Assembly: GCF_964204645.1 (NCBI RefSeq)
Contig: NC_134028.1
Coordinates: 13,005,263-13,069,262, forward strand
Direction of reading: 5' to 3'
Length of the DNA stretch: 64,000 nt
Source of the DNA: Tubulanus polymorphus
Lineage: Eukaryota; Animalia; Nemertea
The notes beneath the pieces were generated by a model that worked only from the letters and a program-made list of their open reading frames with translations, had not been told where the DNA came from and did not search any database. Below, piece by piece: positions 59,743-64,000 of the stretch. Position 1 is the stretch's first letter. Each line of letters starts with the position of its first letter. The position numbers and the translations under genes are program-made.

Positions 59743-62100
59743 ATGGGTTCTGATGCCGCCGAGTGCACCAAGGGAGTGTACCGATTCAACCGGCTAGTGA
59801 AACTCGACCATCACTTCCGAGAGAAACCGGACCGCGAGGCTCCGCGTTTCTGTCTGCCCAGCAGTTGGGCCCCGGATACAATAGAACCAGTAATCGCCGA
59901 ATTCTGTAATGACGGGCACGAATTGGCTCAACAAACCAGGGATATGCGTCGCGTAAATGATAACCTCACTAAACTGGAACGCAAAGCCCTCCAGCAGCTG
60001 CGTGACAACACTAATATTGTCATCAATAAGGGTTCCGCCACGGTTATCATGGACCGCGACGACTACGTCCACAAAGCCATGCGCCAACTAGCTGATCTCG
60101 AGTATTATCAGCCACTGCCGCAACCGATCTTGGAACAGACCGGGGAAGAAATCTGCGAAATCATCAAAAATATGGCTCGACGAAAAATCATCCCGCTAAA
60201 GACCGCCGAATATCTCTTACCGCCGGACAATCCGAAACAAAGGCAGTTGTATCTGCTTCCCAAAATCCATAAAGAACGCGAGAAGTGGATGGTACCCGAC
60301 TGCGTACCACCGGGGAGACCGTCTCCGACTGCGGCCCCGAAACCTACAAAATTTCGGAACGGATCGACTACTACTTGCAGCCGATCCCCCGGAGTCACCC
60401 GTCGTACTTCAAAGATACCAACCACTTTTTAGATATTTTGGCCGGCAGACAATTTAGCGCTGATGCGTTACTCGTCACCATGGACATCGATTCGCTATAC
60501 ACCAACATCTCCAGCATCATCGCCAGCATCCGAAAAGCTCTCCGAGATCACCCGAACCCGGGATGCCCGGATGCCGAGCTGCTGAAACTACTCGAAATCA
60601 GCCTGAAGAAAAACGACTTTAACTTTAACAGAACACATATCTACAGGTAAAAGGTACCGCAATGGGTAAGCGTTTTGCTCCTTCTTATCTATATCTTTAT
60701 AGCCGAATGGGAAAAAGAAGGTCTGTCCAGAAGCGAACTCCAACCATCGCTATACGCTTGGTTCATCAATGATATCTACATGGTCGGGAACACGGCCGCG
60801 AAACGTTGATGGAATTCATCAACGTCCTACAAACAGTGAGCTGATCCATCAAACTCAAGTTTGAAATCAGCAACACCAGCGTCAAATTCCTGGACGTGAC
60901 CACTTTCCAAGGCCCGCGATTCGAGGCTAGTGGTACAGTAGACACCAAAGTCTACTTCAAACCAACCGATTCGCATCAATTACTACATCGATCTTCGTTT
61001 CACCCTAAGCACATATTTTCCGGTATAGTTAAAAGTCAAATTCTCCGGTTCTGACGCATCTGCAATAATGATTCGGACCTACACGCAGCGTCTGGAACCG
61101 TCCTTAAAGTACTCAGAGGTCGTGGCTACAAATACCGCGAACTGCGACACAAAAGCCAAGCTTTACAGCACCACGCCGAGCGTGATCAACGAGAACAACA
61201 ACGGACCAACGAACCCCCGAAAAAGCGTCTACCGCTTATCGTACCTCACTCCGGAGCCAACTGGACCCTAGCCCGTAACATTCGAACCAGATTTACCGAA
61301 CTGGCTACGGCCACCGGCCGCTCGGACGAGGTAACCACGGTTACCGCCTACACCAAGCACAAGAGTCTCAAAGATCTCCTAACCTTGTCGCAGCTGAAAC
61401 CCACGGAGCCACCCCCTCCCCGAGTCCCCTCTTCATCGCATCTTAACCGAAATACTTCCGTTGTTTCCAATTCTTCTATTTCCAGGTCTACTCAAAGAAC
61501 TCCGTCATCCGACGTCGAGGCACCAAGAAATGCAGAACACCTAGATGTTGCATGTGTCCACTCATCCGAGAAACGACCGTTTGCCGCAGCCACAACAAAA
61601 TGCACGCGATCCGCAGCACAATTAATTGCGCGACCCGTGAAATTGTATACTGCATCGAATGCACCAAGTGCAACATGCTGTACGTCGGCCAAACCGGAAT
61701 GTCTCTTCGAGAACGCGTCACACATCACGTCTCACGCATCAGAACGAAGAATTCGACTCCAGTCTCGGACCACTTCAACCAGGTCGACCACACCCGCGAA
61801 CACTTTCAGGTGTACGGTCTCCAACACCTACCAGGCTCGACGAGACCGATCCGCGAAGCAGCCGAACAAGACTGGATGCGACGACTCGACACGAACACGC
61901 CCCTAGGTATCAACGTCCTGTAGACCGCCTCACTACAACAATTAACTCATACTACTTTCTTTACAGGGATAACCCGCTGCCCGTGCACTAGTGGGGTCTC
62001 CAAACCTTCGGTTTGGTCCCCTTACCTCTATCTCTAAATCTAACCCTTCTCCTACTACCAAATTCTAACCCTAAACTATCCCTAACCCTAACACTTCTTC
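59743..62100 (+). mobile_element. Decayed GC-richer Penelope-like element of a different clade (RT + GIY-YIG), 3' region with TAACCC-like repeats
   Basis: YLLPKIHK, PPGRP, MDIDSLYTNI, GTAMGK, FLDVT, YFKPTD; IVYCIEC..C..LYVGQT; LGIN; degenerate CTAACC at 62040-62095. Confidence 0.88.
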
Positions 62101-62731
62101 ATACCCTTAAAACTAGCTGTCATGCCTATTCATTTTTATTAAATTTGTGCGCAAGCAATGATGTCATCGGCGACCTTGAAATCGCGCGAGGTGTAGGTCG
62201 TGTTATCACCCGAACCGGAAGGTAAGATATTCGTCCTGGAACTAAAAATAACCACGATACCGCCGGTTCACGTGAACACCTGCTCATCTCTGCAGCTAAG
62301 CCAATCACAGAGGAGTCTTTGCTTTCTGATTGGCTTTTTAAAACAGATATTGTTGCGTTCAGATTTTTGCAAAAATAGCTCATATAAATTTCAACGAGGC
62401 CCTTTTTCAAAATTCAGCTTCATAGGGGTTGGAGAATGGATAATGCTCTAGTGAATGATTTGTATGAATATATGCTCAGTTGCACAGTCACAGAGCCTCA
62501 GCTCTGGAAACCATGTCATTTAACCTGCTCCATTTGTATAGTAATAGGCTCAGCTTAGGGCTGGCCTAAAAATCTTCACTTTCACTCAAGTGAAAAATAA
62601 ATAATGCAGACATATATCCATGCACGGTCGGCCAACATACAGAGAAAACATCGTTAGTATACATATGCCTTTAACGAAAATGACCGCATTTAAAAATCGA
62701 TCGGGAAATGCTTTTATGGCCATACCAATCT

Positions 62732-62812
62732 CATCCTCCATCGACAGGGATTTGAACCTGATGGCATCGAGATTGCCACCGTACGAAACCCTGCCACACT
62801 AGACGGTGTGTG
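62732..62812 (-). repeat. tRNA-derived SINE-like head
   Basis: Reverse complement has GTCTAGTGTGGCAGGG...CAGGTTCAAATCCC. Confidence 0.55.
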
Positions 62813-62947
62813 CAAATACACGTGCAGCTTGGATAACGTAATTATTAGCCAATCAGAAATCCTGTTATATTTTAGCCCCGTTTTTCCCATTTATAGTCCT
62901 TCCGTGAAATTTACCTCAGCAATTACACAACGAGCAATCTGATTGGT

Positions 62948-63035
62948 GTGCACCGCGTCTAGTGTGGCAGGGGCTGGTGCTGTGGCTGAGTGTAGCGATG
63001 CTATCAGGTTCGAATCTCTGCCTGGGGAGGATGTA
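62948..63035 (+). repeat. tRNA-derived SINE-like head
   Basis: GTCTAGTGTGGCAGGG...CAGGTTCGAATCTC. Confidence 0.6.
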
Positions 63036-63520
63036 CCATTCATGTCATTCCTTAAGATGCTGGTAAACCAGTCATCATCCTCACCCCCTATTTTTTCAAC
63101 GGATTTGCATTGCTCTGAGAAATGATTAAAATTGATTGAAAAGGCGGAAATCTGCCGATCAGCGGAAATTTATCATCCATGGTAGAATGGGGAAAATTCA
63201 TTGAAATTTTGCACATTTCCTCACAATACTTCTAAATAGCTTAGAGCTGATGGACGGAACTTGCCATATCAATTCCAACACTTACCTCCCTCATAATGAC
63301 AAAATATCAACTGTGCACTATTCAGTAGTAACAATTTGTGCCACCAAGAGCTAACAGAAAGTTGAGATCATTCTATAAGGATCAACATGATTGATGAATT
63401 GACGGATGGCCACGGAAAGGTGGAAGGAAAATAATAATAATCACAGAGAGACAAGGGGGTCTACTTTGAAGGGAGCAGAAAACCTAAATAAACACGAGTA
63501 CTGAAAATTATAATACTTAC

Positions 63521-63592
63521 AGCAGAATCACGCAATTTATCATATAATGTTTCTAATTTTCTGCAAACGTCTTCTAACTTTCTCTTAAGATG
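63521..63592 (-). CDS. SEC31: Host SEC31 penultimate coding exon (72 bp)
   Basis: TTTTGTAG | HLKRKLEDVCRKLETLYDKLRDSA | GTAAGT; phase-0 join to the exon starting at 57299. Confidence 0.85.
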
Positions 63593-64000
63593 CTACAAAA
63601 TAGGAATTGAATCAGGCATTGAAACAAACTTTTATCGTGAACAACAATGTCCTAATACCTTATTACTACATGAGCTTTATATTAGGGGGTACTATGGTCA
63701 GCCTGTAGTATTTCAGGGATCCCAGAGGGCCTTCAGCAAATCTGCGGAAATTTCGGAAGTTACAAAAAGCTAAGAATAAGAAAATAGAACAAGTCAGTAT
63801 CATGGCAATAAGTGTATAATTATGTTTTCACACCAAAGGTCAAAAGGTCGAGCTCACAAAATAAAAATAAATTCTCACCGGCTCGAATTTATTTTCATTT
63901 TATTCACTAAACCTTTCAACCTTTGATTTGAATCCATAATTATACACTTATTCTAATATTTATATAATTTTAATTCTTATAATTTTAAAATAGATAATGA

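Noticed and set aside
60840-61060. In-frame TGA codons in the Penelope-like ORF as selenocysteine
   Set aside because: They do not fall at apparent Cys positions (e.g. LRF*RIC fits CGA>TGA); the element has many other lesions; no SECIS recognised
62040-62095. True telomere
   Set aside because: Few degenerate units, internal to a host intron
62948-63035. Functional tRNA gene
   Set aside because: No convincing cloverleaf; three mutually diverged copies suggest a tRNA-derived repeat

Overview
AT-rich animal chromosomal DNA. The host context comes from two spliced C-terminal exons of a SEC31 (COPII coat) gene on the minus strand (63592-63521 and 57299-57108). The first 50 kb is a cluster of endogenous Polinton/Maverick (adintovirus-like) elements. 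(i) A rearranged element or mosaic at 1-~21000 has an internal tandem duplication, a Penelope retroelement insertion carrying hammerhead ribozymes, and an HNH gene. (ii) An inverted fragment lies at 21281-23120. (iii) A complete but decayed 16.7-kb Polinton at 33291-49997 has ~70-bp TIRs starting AGT and a 6-bp TSD GATAGA; it and a chromodomain Gypsy LTR element (26423-33192) are both nested in one ~0.4-kb MITE. Main finding: the protein-primed PolB of the complete Polinton carries a full LAGLIDADG intein (36910-37978) inserted in the catalytic YFD^TD motif, resembling giant-virus Pol-c inteins, while the intein-free allele (YFDTDS) is in the same window at ~700. Nearly all Polinton genes start at a poxvirus-late-like TAAATG, and there is a possible VLTF3-like gene. 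Together these suggest (inference) a Polinton lineage associated with a cytoplasmic large DNA virus. The rest is MITEs, tRNA-derived repeats and decayed Penelope-like elements. All calls are by eye; no database searches were run.
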